64,000 nucleotides of DNA from Lepidodermella squamata (GCA_047495785.1 JBLDXI010000018.1:248001-312000), one strand, 5' to 3'. Positions 9,202 to 20,826 are shown, numbered from the stretch's first letter. The notes: generated by a model not told the origin, from the letters alone. Numbers and translations are program-made.

Positions 9202-11211
9202 CTTGCTCAAGGCCCACTAAATTTTAATTAAAAAAACAAAACGATGAATAGGAACAATCAAGTGAACAATGTGGGAATCGAGGAGTTTTCTCGAAGAATT
9301 AATTTTGCAATCAATTAAGGGCTTTTGATTGGATAAATCGATGTGCAAAATAACATAATTAGGGTGACAATGTCCCTTAATTAGGGTGCATTTTTCTGGT
9401 GTATTATGAAACTATGCAAAGCCCAAGATTGAGCCGAAAAACTTGAATTTTAATTTTGCGGCCCAGTCTTGCATTCAGATCTGGACAAATTTAATCAAAC
9501 AATGTATTGTTCCTCAAATTTTCATGTTATTTTATCGAAATCTGAGCGGATGATGGCATTTTGAAAAATTTTCAAAAGAAACGGTTCATTAAGCCTGACT
9601 TGAATGGACAATTAACCTTTTACATTTCCTAGAATAAGAATGGTAGATTACTATAGAAATTTAACCCGTTGTAATAATTTTTCGATGGAGTTTTCGCATT
9701 TCTAAGCACTCAATGGCTTACTCTTTATGTACTCTTCATGTATGGCTTTTCCTAGCTTCCATTATTGCAAACAGAACTATTTTTTATTGTCAAGGCTGAT
9801 GGAAAATTACCTACTTTACATATCGAAATAAAGGGCGGTGCCAAAATAAAGGGCGCTCTGAATAGAGAGTAGGGTTGTGGGAAATTCGAAAAATTATAGG
9901 ACAGAACCGAAATAGGGGGCAGGCGCCTTTTCTCAATAATCCAAGAGTTGGCTAAAATCACGAGATAGAAATGCTCTAAATAAAGATTTTCGTAAATTCA
10001 TCGACAAATCTGAGTGGCGAAAGAGTATAACTAAGGCACAATCACACATTGCAACCAATTAGGAGCACGGAGTAACATTTTCTCTTCCGAGCACGGTAAA
10101 AAATCGAACGTAATTCTCGGCTCAAAACGACATTCCACAATTTTAATGGTGCGTTAGAAAGGCAACCGGTTCAAAGGGCGGGAAATTCCTCAAGTGGCCG
10201 TTATTTTTTTACTGGAAGCGGAAATGATTTGAGAACATGGGTCACTGGGTCAACAAGGTCAAAACTCGTAAATAAAAGAGCAACATGTACCTTTAAATCC
10301 GCTGGCCGAAGCTGTGATCGTTGAAGCTGTTTCCTTCAATTAATCAGTTACGTCCTAAAACACAAATCTCATTTAAAATTTGCTCATTGTGTTGTTTGCA
10401 TGGTGCATGGTCATTATTCTCATGAACTCAAGAACTGCCTCCAAGAGATCATCCATTGCGAATTTTCAGAGCTTAAAATGACGCTTGAAATTAAGCGATA
10501 TAAGAAAGCAAAAAGTCGGAATTTATCAATACACTAAGATGTGATTCATCGAAAAAAATCCTTCAACAGAGCCTTTGGAACGACGTGCTGCGTGCGCCGA
10601 GAACAGCACCTAAAATAGCTTGTGTTAGACCCACAGCTGAAAAGTCGGACACGATTTTTCGCAAACTGGCCGACCTTTCGACATCCGTCGTTTTTTGCAA
10701 AAAAAAGTGTTCATAACTGGCATCACTTCTAGCTTGTAGAACAGTAGAGAATTGAATAACGCTTTCTCAAATAAATTGTTGTCAGCCGGCCCGGTGATAG
10801 ATCCGCCCGCAAACTAAAATGACTAAGAAGCGCTAGTTGCAGCTCGGTACATCTCCTCGGGGAGCGTCTCATTTCTTGAGCCAAATCATCGCGTTACTCC
10901 CTCGGAAACGGCAATTCTTATCAAATTTGAAGTCGAAACTTCTCAATAGGAAATCACGCGATGTAGTTCCGCCTCGAAATCAAAAGGTCTATAACAGAGA
11001 TAAGTCATTTCAGAAAAATGTGTTGTCACTCAGGAACTCAACGCAAATTTACAACTGTTTCACGTATTGATAAAACAAGGCCATTTATTTTAGTTTCAGC
11101 AATCTATCTTTCTTTCTTTCTTTTATTCTTTATAAGTGTGTCGGAAAAGCCCAATCACAATAGCAACTATTCGCACTCTCAGCAGTCGACAACGTTCGCC
11201 ATCGAAGTCGC

Positions 11212-11876
11212 TTAGTTTCCACCGAGCGACTCGATGATCTTCTGGAGGGGCGCGATCTTCGCCGCAACGTTCTTCTTGGCCTGCTCGACCAACTTGTGCT
11301 CGGCCTTCTTCGACTCGTGGTATGCCTTCGCCTTGACCTGGCGGCGGGCCTCGAGGGTCTTGATCACCTCCTTGTACTTCCATCCGACCTCGTGGGAGAG
11401 CTCACCCAGCTTGCACCACTTGCGGCGCGGGTGCATGCGGAGGGCACGCAGAGCCGACGGGACAACGACGCGCTTGGTCTTGTCGTAGGGTGGTGGGACG
11501 CCTTCGAAGGTCTTAAGGCGGGCCATCGCCTCCTTTCCGCGGTGGATCTTGTGGGGCAACATGCCACGGACAGCGCGCCAGAACATCTTCGACGGCTGGC
11601 GGAAGTGGAACGGACCACGGCGAGGGTTGGTGTTCGTCCGCTTCTTAAGGAAGACGTGGTACTTGACTAGAAAACAAAGCTTCAAAACCAATCCTTAACA
11701 CATGCGAGAAAGCACTTACGCTTATTGCGGTAGAGGCTGCCAGACACGTTGATGTCCTCGGTGCGGACAACAACGACGCGCTGGCCGTTGAGGATGGCCT
11801 TGGCCACGACGGAAGCCAGGCGACCAAGGATGTGACCTTTAGCGTCGATAACGAGAGGCTTCGACTGGATGAACAT
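11212..11876 (-). CDS. RPL13A: 60S ribosomal protein L13a (uL13); exons 11720-11876 and 11212-11666
   Basis: [14 protein letters not shown]...[27 protein letters not shown]; 53-bp GT-AG intron 11667-11719; 203 aa. Confidence 0.97.
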
Positions 11877-11919
11877 TGTTAAGGTCTAACAAACCTAAGC
11901 AAAACAAGAGTTGAACAAG

Positions 11920-12828
11920 TTAATTTAATTGAAAATTGCGCTTTTCAGCAAGACACTTCAGAGTTAAATCCCACAAAGCATCGGCCATTTCATTTGTCCC
12001 TACATCCGATGAATACCGACCAAAAATGCCTTTAACCCAGTAACGACCTGTAACATCAAGTTCACTTGTCGCTAAAAATACTTCATTCTCAGCAGCTTGG
12101 GCTGGAGAGGGCGCTAATGGCCAGTAAATTTTAGCAAGGAGGCGAACCCAGAAGGAATGCCTAGCTAAACTGGTTTGGACGAGGTTTCCTGGATGAAGGC
12201 TGTGAGCAGAGATACCTTTGTCATGGAAGAGTTGATCGAACTTTTTAGCAAATAAGACATTACAAAGCTTAGAGTCGTTGTAGCAGAAAAAACCAGAGTA
12301 TCGGTTTGCATCGGGAGAAAGTAATTCAAGTGTTATATTATCTTTACTGCGAATGCGGCTTTGCTTACATGAATCCGATGCAACGACAATTACACGAGAG
12401 GGTGATGACTTCTCAAGTACTCCTAGTAATAAAAAAGTGAGATAAGCATGCGATAGATGATTAACTTGAAATGTTAATTCGTAGCCATCCTTGGTGACCT
12501 CGTACGGCGGCATAAACACAGCCGCATTGAGCACCAAAGCATGTATTGGAAGATTCGAGTTGATGTATTGGGTAGCGAAAGCCTCGACCGAAGACAGGTC
12601 AGCCAAGTCCAACAAAAATCCCTTGACTTCGCTGTCGGGATAGCATGCTTTGATCTTAGAGATAGCATCATTCATTTTATCAGCATTCCGACAAGCTAAC
12701 GTTACTGTCGCTCCACGGCTGCATAATAACTTGGCAGTTTCAAATCCAATGCCATCATTAGCACCGGTCACAACGTAGTATTTTCCAAACAGCGATGCTG
12801 ATGCGCTGGCTACAGCATTGGAATCCAT
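11920..12828 (-). CDS. Intronless short-chain dehydrogenase/reductase, WWOX/retinol dehydrogenase-like (no WW domains in this ORF)
   Basis: TGANDGIG Rossmann motif, LDLADLSSV, LNAA, FQVNHLSH, YNDSK catalytic YxxxK, LHPG. Confidence 0.88.
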   Translation of the reverse strand: MDSNAVASASASLFGKYYVVTGANDGIGFETAKLLCSRGATVTLACRNADKMNDAISKIKACYPDSEVKGFLLDLADLSSVEAFATQYINSNLPIHALVLNAAVFMPPYEVTKDGYELTFQVNHLSHAYLTFLLLGVLEKSSPSRVIVVASDSCKQSRIRSKDNITLELLSPDANRYSGFFCYNDSKLCNVLFAKKFDQLFHDKGISAHSLHPGNLVQTSLARHSFWVRLLAKIYWPLAPSPAQAAENEVFLATSELDVTGRYWVKGIFGRYSSDVGTNEMADALWDLTLKCLAEKRNFQLN

Positions 12829-13479
12829 TATTTAAATGAAGTTATTCGGTAGAGAAGATAGTTTCTAGTTTTCAAGCCGGGGTCGATATAAAAAAGTTCG
12901 GAGCTTCGTTTCAAGAGGCTCAGCAAGGTGGCTCGTCGCACAGTGAGACCGCTTCTTACAGCCTCACTCGATTTCACTCGTCACATGGTCGACAATTTCC
13001 TACCCTTATTATATTCTCACATAATTTAAAATGCATGTCAACAATAAATATCAGAAGAAAACTCAAAAATAATAATAAACTGGCCCCAGGTTTATTTTAA
13101 ATAAATGGAAAAAGTATGTTCTCGTTAACCCGGGACCGCCGGTTTTGAACATTTCAACCGCCGCACTCGGACTCGAAACCCACCTTGCTCTGGTGAAAGT
13201 CAGCATCCATTTCGCTTGAAACTTGAAGCCTACCTAATGCTCAACTCGATCAAGTCTACTTCTGCTTTTCAACTTTTCTCGTCACAGTTTTTCTGTAAAA
13301 GAATTACGCTTTTTGTGAGGTTTTTGTGAGGTGGTTAGTGGTTTCTGCTGTTTGTTTGGAGACTAGCCAAGAAGAATCCTCAGAGCAATTCTTGGTGTTA
13401 AATATTTAGGGTTTAATGAGTATCATACCCTGATGCACACTGCTTTTTTCATTTTGCCTAGAATTTACAACTGGATCAT

Positions 13480-14769
13480 ATGAAAGGTCTGCAAGACGTC
13501 GTGAATCAGGCTAAGGCTCTGGTTCAGCGATTGCGTGAGAAAGAAACTGCTGTCGATGCGACACTGAAAGATGTTAATACCCTCACTGAACAGCTGTCGG
13601 CGATGCGCCAATTCCGCGAAGAGACAGTTGTTGCCGTTGCCGTGGGAAAAGTGCATAACAGCCCCAGCAGCAATTTAATTCAAGCAAAGCCGCCTCAAAT
13701 CACCCCAGATAGTAACAGCGATGGCGAGAATCAGAACAAAGAACTGTTGATAAAAAAGCCGATGGTCTCTCCCAAACACGAACCTTTTGTGCTTTCTCAT
13801 CAGCCGATCGTACTTGCCCTTCTTAGTGAAAATCGACGCCTGGCTGCGTTGGAAGCTGAAAATGCCGAGTTGGTAAAGTGTTTAGAAGAATATCAATCTG
13901 CCCTCGATATGATAATGCACAAATATCGGACACATGTTACGAAATTTGCGGCGACGAATCAAGTATTGACTGCTACCATTGCGGAAATGGGTCAAAAGTC
14001 AGAATCAGAACGGCGGGCAACAGAGTTGCAGCTACTTGATAAAATCAGCGACATGGCGAATGTTATGCATAAGGCGTGCGAACTCGAGGATAATTATACG
14101 ACAGACGTTGTCGCATTAGTCTCGCGGCTGTACCACGAAAATAAATGCTTGAGAGAACTGTTGGATTCTCGAGTTATCGGTTCGTCGAAAAGCCAACAAC
14201 TCGCGAGTAGCCTACCACCTCCACCACCGCCACCCCCTCAAACTGTTTCGCAAATGCTGTTGAACGGCATATTGCCGGCGCAAACTTACCAGTCTGTGAT
14301 CTACACAAATAACAACCGCAACGCGTCTTCCGAATCATCCACGACTATCGTGCAACAATCGTCGGCCGTTGTAAATGGCCTGCCTTACCGCGTGACAACC
14401 GGCAGTCGCCACTCGCCAACTTCATCATCTTCCTCTTCATACGTCACTTCTACCACTCAGAATTCATCTCTCGACTTCAAGCTTCAAAAGCGGCAAGTTA
14501 AATCGACTGATTCTGAGAAAGCGGCTGATATTATCGCAGCGGCTGAGGAGGAGCGGTTTCCAGATATCGACAGCGACACTGAAACGTCAAGCGTGTCAAC
14601 ACTATGTCCCGATTTTGAACGGGACGAGAAAGAACTCGACGCCGAGTTGGCTGATCAAGCGTCTGCACCGCTAGCCAGCGACGAGCCGAGCAATGAAGCG
14701 ATCGATGAACTAGTCGATGAAATGATGGCTACGATCGAAGCGACCGTCGTTGAGCCGGCGTCTTCTTAA
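13480..14769 (+). CDS. FGFR1OP2: FGFR1 oncogene partner 2 / SIKE family coiled-coil protein with long low-complexity C-terminal extension
   Basis: AKALVQRLRE...AMRQFREE, ENAEL..CLEEYQSALDMIMHKYR and ENKCLRELL match the family. Confidence 0.85.
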   Translation: MKGLQDVVNQAKALVQRLREKETAVDATLKDVNTLTEQLSAMRQFREETVVAVAVGKVHNSPSSNLIQAKPPQITPDSNSDGENQNKELLIKKPMVSPKHEPFVLSHQPIVLALLSENRRLAALEAENAELVKCLEEYQSALDMIMHKYRTHVTKFAATNQVLTATIAEMGQKSESERRATELQLLDKISDMANVMHKACELEDNYTTDVVALVSRLYHENKCLRELLDSRVIGSSKSQQLASSLPPPPPPPPQTVSQMLLNGILPAQTYQSVIYTNNNRNASSESSTTIVQQSSAVVNGLPYRVTTGSRHSPTSSSSSSYVTSTTQNSSLDFKLQKRQVKSTDSEKAADIIAAAEEERFPDIDSDTETSSVSTLCPDFERDEKELDAELADQASAPLASDEPSNEAIDELVDEMMATIEATVVEPASS

Positions 14770-16430
14770 CGTCTTTTTTGATACAATAGTTGACTTCTAC
14801 TTCTCGTTTTTTTGTGATATTTGCGTGTTCAGTGCTCTACTAATACGTCATTATAGCGAAAATACCCTCGTGTACCGTGAAGTTACCCGGGAAACTCCGC
14901 TTAATATTTTATAATCAACGAAAGCGATAAGATATTATCAAAAATTGCCTGGTATGAGTTGATAGATATTTATTAATGAATATTTGTAAGATTAAGATAG
15001 GGAAATAATCTCTTCTGACATTAAACAAAATCCGGTTGAAATGAATGTTGAATAGTTTTTAGTGAAATTTTACAGGGGCTGTGAAATTCAATATCCGATG
15101 TTAAGTATAGGAACAGCGAATTTTCCCTGAATTCACGATTCACGAGGGCGATTTGATAAAAATTTCACGCTCTCTAATTGTATATCTGTAATTTTGAAAC
15201 TCGACGTGTCGGTTGTTACTAATTTTGCGACTTGTCGAAGACAAAACGAATATTTGGCTCTGCTCGGCTCGGTTTTGACAAAATCGCCAACTGACAAATT
15301 TGCTGCAGAAAAGTGGTGTTATTCCATATTATATCGACGTAGGAAAATACCAAGCAACGACGGCTCTTAGTGTCGCTTCTCAATCGATTGCATGACACAT
15401 TTTTCGCTCCTTTCCGGCTTGAAATTGTTAGACTAAACGTGTGAAAAATTACTTTCTAAAATCGAATCTTTCTCGCTGTAATAGAAAAGCCGTTATATTA
15501 AATTATTACGTCAAGAAAAAATAAAATTGGATAAAAAACTAGCGATAATACGTCCTTTAATTTTGCTTGTGTTCCCCTGATTTTAGGGGTGAAATTAATG
15601 CGCAAACTCGGTCTTGTTAGTATTATTACTTATGCTGTTCCATTTTTCTATTAGGTCTTTGAAGCGCGGAATGAAAAAATGCTAAATTATTGTTCTATAT
15701 TAACAAATGAATCAGAAAAATCGCAATTTATGTGTGAAAATCAGCGGTTATTAACCTCTTTATAATCATTATTGCAAACTTGATTTCAGCAGCGAAGAAA
15801 ATACAGAAAATGATAAGAATAATTAATTGAGAAAATAAAAGTGAAAAGTCGAAACTCAACAATTTGCGTTTTCTTCATTATTGATATTCCAGCTGTTTAT
15901 CAAGAGGTTCGGATCGATGCCACCGAGTATTATGTTTGCTGTACCTGGGTTTGACTTGTAGTGGGTATAATGAGATGATCTGGCATTTGACAGTCCGCAT
16001 ACTTATTGATATTTGCCGTCTTATTATTATCGATTTTGCAGAAAGTCACCGCCTAATGCGAGATGGCAAATTCTCAAACTATGCGAAACACGATTGTCTT
16101 ACTTTAATTTGACGAAAGGAATTCAATTTTACATGAGTTTTTTTCCCCGGAGTGGATTTGAAGAGGAGTTATTCTGCTGACCTACATAACGTGGTTCGAG
16201 TTAGTATGTAGTTCGAGCTGTGAATCCCAGATTCGCACAAGTATTTCTTGGTAACAGGCGGCAGCTTGATTTCAAGAGTCAATCATGATATCAATATTGG
16301 TTATTGAATCAATAAAATCTCATTATAATGATGGCATGAGAGTCAACATTTTAAATAATCAAAGATGATTAGCTAAAGTCCAAGAACAGCATGATGATAA
16401 CAAGAAAAGCATGAAAATTGAAGCAGCCTC

Positions 16431-16502
16431 GGGGGCATAGCTCAGTGGTAGAGCGTCTCATTCGCATTGTGAAGGTCTCGGGTTCAATCCCCGATGCCTA
16501 TA
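16431..16502 (+). pseudogene. tRNA-Ala(CGC)-derived probable pseudogene
   Basis: A and B boxes present, TT-CGC-AT loop, but the acceptor 3' strand TGCCTAT and the anticodon stem are mismatched. Confidence 0.7.
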
Positions 16503-16619
16503 AATGGCAATTTTTTTAGAAATATTTCTTTCTACCTTTTACCGTTCAATGTTTAGAAATATCATAGAGAACGTAGTGATCTATGAGAAAAACAAAGTAA
16601 GACCGCCAAGTCACAGGCA

Positions 16620-16693
16620 GCCTCCTTGGCTCAGTTGGCTAGAGCGCCAGTCTCATAATCTGGAGGTCGTGAGTTCGATCCTCACAGGGGGCA
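16620..16693 (+). tRNA. tRNA-Met(CAT)
   Basis: Identical to 4504-4577. Confidence 0.93.
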
Positions 16694-16774
16694 GCGTTGA
16701 TCTTTTTCGATACAGCTCATAATGCAATAGCTTGCTCAAGACAAGACTAGATAGACATCGTGTTACCATGCACA

Positions 16775-16846
16775 TCCCTGATGGTCTAGTGGTTAGGATT
16801 CCGCGCTTTCACCGCGGCGGCCCGGGTTCGATTCCCGGTCAGGGAA
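16775..16846 (+). tRNA. tRNA-Glu(TTC), the only intact Glu copy
   Basis: TCCCTGA/TCAGGGA acceptor, CCGCG-CTTTCAC-CGCGG arm, oligo-T terminator. Confidence 0.94.
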
Positions 16847-16916
16847 CTTTTTTAATAAATGAGTCGAGCGGGAACCAAGCTTCAAAGAAGATCGGAATCT
16901 TCTTCTTCACAAGCCA

Positions 16917-16989
16917 GGTTCCGTAGTGTAGTGGTTATCACGTCTCCTTCACACGGAGAAGGTCGCGGGTTCGAACCCCGCCGGAACCT
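16917..16989 (+). tRNA. tRNA-Val(CAC)
   Basis: Identical to 2654-2726. Confidence 0.93.
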
Positions 16990-17064
16990 TGATCCAAGCT
17001 GTTTTTGGCTGGCTGACCTATCTAGACGAGCTATTGTAGAGACAGTTCGCCTTATCTTCTACAT

Positions 17065-17136
17065 GGGGATGTAGCTCAGTGGTAGAGCGCTTGCTTTGCA
17101 TGTAAGATGTCCCGGGTTCAAACCCCGGCATCTCCA
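17065..17136 (+). tRNA. tRNA-Ala(TGC)
   Basis: Identical to 2805-2876. Confidence 0.94.
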
Positions 17137-17198
17137 ACTTTTTTATCGTTTCAGGTCTGTCAGAATCCGACACCTCCGATCTCCAATGCATAATTGAA

Positions 17199-17505
17199 TA
17201 CCGTATTTTACGAATTATAAGACCCTGCCCTGTATTTTTTTCAAACGAGGTTCAAGTCCTGCCCTGTATTTAGGGTCTGCCCTTTAATTCGGCTCTGCCC
17301 TGTAATTTTTTCGAACCTAATCAGTCACCTGAACAGTACCTAGATCAACAGTTATAACCGCCGAATAACCGCACTATAGCTACTGCCTTCCACCTGTGAC
17401 TACACGCGTGAAGTGAGTGCTCAAATGGATTAGGGTGGATAAAGGACGATTAGTGCACTTACTGACGAAAAATCGCAACCTATCCAACTTTAACCACTTA
17501 CCCAG
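17199..17505. mobile_element. ~300-bp insertion between Ala and Arg, starting with a DNA-transposon-like end (Tc1/mariner-pogo-like)
   Basis: Absent from the equivalent spacers at 2877-2950 and 58767-58839. Begins TA-CCGTATTTT...TATAAGAC, followed by four CTGCCCT(G/T)TA subterminal repeats. No matching other end found. Confidence 0.55.
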
Positions 17506-17511
17506 CAAGGC

Positions 17512-17583
17512 GGCCCAGTGGCCTAATGGTAAGGCGTCGGCCTCCGGAGCCGGAGATTGTGGGTTCGAGTCCCATCTGGGTCG
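17512..17583 (+). tRNA. tRNA-Arg(CCG)
   Basis: Identical to 4205-4276. Confidence 0.93.
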
Positions 17584-17656
17584 ATAAATTTTTAGATTCC
17601 ACGGATATTACCAAAGAACAGGAGTTTCAGTGTGGCATTTCTTCATCAGTTCAGCC

Positions 17657-17728
17657 GGCTCAGTAGCTTAGTGGTAGAGCATCTGTCTTGTAAACAGAAG
17701 GTCGCGGGTTCGATCCCCGTCTGGGCCT
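17657..17728 (+). tRNA. tRNA-Thr(TGT)
   Basis: GGCTCAG/CTGGGCC acceptor, TCTGT-CTTGTAA-ACAGA arm, GTTCGATC T loop. Confidence 0.93.
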
Positions 17729-17821
17729 CGGCATACCTTTTTTTCCAGACTGGGGCTTTTGAGCTTGACCTATCAAATCTCAAGGAATCACTTATGGGAT
17801 AACCAAGGGCGACTTCAAGCG

Positions 17822-17847
17822 GCCTCCTTGGCTCAGTTGGCTAGAGC
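17822..17847 (+). pseudogene. 5' fragment of tRNA-Met at a rearrangement junction
   Basis: GCCTCCTTGGCTCAGTTGGCTAGAGC, then switches into post-Arg spacer sequence. Confidence 0.85.
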
Positions 17848-18073
17848 CAAAGACTTGATTGACTTCAGGTTTCAAGCCAAAGACTTGATCAGCTTCAGTG
17901 AAACCAACATTCCATGAGCCGGCTCAGTAGAGCATCTGTCTTTGCATATACTTGCATATAATAACAGATTTCTGTGTATATTTTTCTAACTGTCAGTTGA
18001 AGTCGACTGTCGATCAAAGCCAGTCAATTGATAAAGACCCAACTCTAGAAATGACCCAATTGCACCTCGAGCA

Positions 18074-18147
18074 GCCTCCTTGGCTCAGTTGGCTAGAGCG
18101 CCAGTCTCATAATCTGGAGGTCGTGAGTTCGATCCTCACAGGGGGCA
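18074..18147 (+). tRNA. tRNA-Met(CAT)
   Basis: Identical to other Met copies. Confidence 0.93.
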
Positions 18148-18689
18148 GCAACGATATTTTTATGAGTGATACAGCGTGTCCTATCGGCATCGGAAGCGAA
18201 TCATTCAGGCAGTTGCAGGGGCTCTAGCAACTTTAACGATTTAAATCACGCTATAATCATCTTCCTTCTTCTCGTGCAATTTATGTTGCAGGATTAGATG
18301 GGGGAACAGGGCACATTTGGCACTCTCCTGATTTAGGCCTGCTCTTCTTGGTGTCATAAATACCTCTTAACAAAAAGCCATCTCCCTCGGAAACCATGTA
18401 CTTCCTTCGGCGCCATATATTGAAACTGGTGTCACCCCAATATTAAGTAGTGAGGTTCTATACCGCCGATGCTACTTACAGGTAAAAGCATGCGTGTGTG
18501 TGCATAGCGCATAATATCTAGGTACATATTACATGTGAGAACTTTTTTCTCTTTCGTTGAATGGGTTATCTTTAGTTCGTATGGAAAACACACTGCAGTG
18601 AATTGAATGTCTAGCAAAAGCCACAGCCCCTTTCTCTGGAATTCTTCCATTTAAGGAAAATTGACAGTAAGGTAAGATCCTAAAAAGAA

Positions 18690-20367
18690 AGGCAGCAAGA
18701 AGCCGTGGCAGTTTTTCGTCAGCCTTACCGAGAAGTTTGGACCTATTTTCACGCTTTACTTGGGACAGGTAAATGTTATGTAATGTTATGGTAATGTTAT
18801 GTTATGTGTTATCTTGTTACTTTGGACAGTTTCGCACCATTTGCCTGCACGACGCCAAACTCATTCATGAAATCTTCGTCGGCCAGGGTAAGACGTTTAG
18901 TGGTAGAGTCATGGAGTTGCTGCCTGGTGTCGAGCCATTGAATGTTGGTAAGCCAGCATCCTTTGATGTCTCTGCAAAAAACAGGGCTTTTTACATTCTT
19001 TTATTACAGGTGTTATCAATACGAGCGGGGAAGTTTGGCGAAGGCATCGACGATTCGGTTTAAAAGCCATGAGAGATTTCGGTAACTAGGTGCAATCAAA
19101 ATCGTCTGTTGTATATAAGTGCAATTTGATGCCAGGAATGGGCAAGGAAGTTATGGGGACTAAGGTTCAAGATGAGGCTGAGCATTTAATTGCAGAAATG
19201 GCTAAGCATACTGAAATGCCCTACGATCCACGGAAGAATCTGGCTAACGCCGTCTCCAACGTCATTTGTTCATTCGTTTTCGGCAAAAGGTTTGAGATTG
19301 ATAATATATTTTATAACAATAACTAGAGAATAAGCCGTTTTACACAGGTTCGAATACGATGACCCGCAGTTCAAAAAACTTCTCGAAATTATAATACCTC
19401 TCGTTAGCGAATTTATGGGAGAAAGAGATATGTTTCTGCTGTTCCCATTTCTTTCGAAATTGTATCTGCCTATAGAGGTGAGTGTGAGAATGCAAGAAGG
19501 CTCTCTACCTATCTCTAATAACTATTTTTATACCTATTTCTCGCTGTAGACGAAGCTGCAGTTGAAACTTGGAGATGAAGTAAAGAACATGTTGGAAGAT
19601 ATTATCCGTGATCATCGAACTGATTTCGACCCGGAGAATATACGGGATTTTCCGGATCTTTTCATTCAACTTGAAAATCAGCCAGATGCCTTGTCTATGG
19701 ATGACTTCAGCCATGTCATGGTCGATCTTTTCCTGGCTGGTACAGAGACAACGGCAACTGCAATCAATTGGACGCTGGTCTATTTAGGAACTCATCCTGA
19801 GATTCAAACCAAATGTCATGAAGCGATTGATTCGGTAATCGATACAGATCGTATGCCTACGACGAAGGATAGGCAAAAGTTAACTTACATCGAAGCTGTA
19901 ATGAATGAGGTTTTGAGGATCGCTTCGATCGCACCATTCGCAGTATTTCACTCGAACGCGGAAACTCCGGCAAAGATTGCAGGTATTTCATGCTTCAGTA
20001 GGTCTGCGTACTCACATTTTTTCTATATAAAGGCTACGATGTGCCGCCAAATTCCATGGTTATGTACAACCTAGCGGCAGTCCATCATGACTCAGAGTAT
20101 TGGGGCGACCCTGATGCCTTTCGCCCCGAGCGATGGATCGACTCCGAAGGTCGTCTGATGTCGCATTCGAGTCACTTCATGCCATTTGGACTGGGGCCTA
20201 GGATATGCCTGGGCGAATCATTGGCAAAAGTGGAATACTTCATCTTCCTGGTGTCAATTTTGCGTCGTTTCTCGTTCTCGCTTGCTAAGCCTGTCGATCT
20301 AGACGACTACTTGTGTGGAGTCATTGCCATGTCACCAGAATACAAACTCAATTTGAAAGCACGCTGA
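18690..20367 (+). CDS. Cytochrome P450, CYP2 clan, multi-exon; N-terminal anchor exon not resolved
   Basis: KFGPIFTLYLG, WRRHRRF, AVSNVICSFVFGKRF, AGTETT (I helix), EVLR (ExxR), FRPERW, PFGLGPRICLGESLAK (heme Cys). Confidence 0.9.
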
Positions 20368-20606
20368 TAACTCTCAGCTCTGCAATCATAAAGCAATTAG
20401 CAATTTCCAACCCTCCGTTTTCTACTTTTTCTGAATAAGCATTAATATAGGCGCCTTTGATGGACTACCGATGTTATCTAAATAGAAAATCGATAAATTG
20501 TTATACCTGAGGAACAGAAGTCTCATGATCGAAGTCCGACTAAAATCCGGAAGCGTGATTTCTGGAACTCGAGACACCGATTATCTAATCCTGTTTCAAA
20601 AAGCAT

Positions 20607-20678
20607 TGGAGATGCCGGGGTTTGAACCCGGGACATCTTACATGCAAAGCAAGCGCTCTACCACTGAGCTACATCCCC
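20607..20678 (-). tRNA. tRNA-Ala(TGC)
   Basis: Reverse complement of the Ala copies. Confidence 0.93.
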
Positions 20679-20753
20679 TTGTAGAAGATAAGGCGAACTG
20701 TCTCTACAATAGCTCGTCTAGATAGGTCAGCCTGCCAAAAACAGCTTGGATCA

Positions 20754-20826
20754 AGGTTCCGGCGGGGTTCGAACCCGCGACCTTCTCCGTGTGAAGGAGA
20801 CGTGATAACCACTACACTACGGAACC
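20754..20826 (-). tRNA. tRNA-Val(CAC)
   Basis: Reverse complement of the Val copies. Confidence 0.93.

Noticed and set aside
9770-9930. AAATAAAGGGCG repeats as a transposon end carrying the GTPase gene
   Set aside because: No matching end or TSD found on the other side of the gene; at most an old remnant.
15850-16010. Minus-strand peptide ANIILGGIDPN resembling an aspartic protease motif
   Set aside because: Short, with no catalytic DTG motif and no extendable gene model.
16620-18147. CRISPR-like or tRNA-SINE interpretation of the repeats
   Set aside because: The repeats are full cloverleaf tRNAs of six isotypes in fixed order with homologous spacers. There are no cas genes, SINE bodies, A-tails or TSDs, and the context is eukaryotic.
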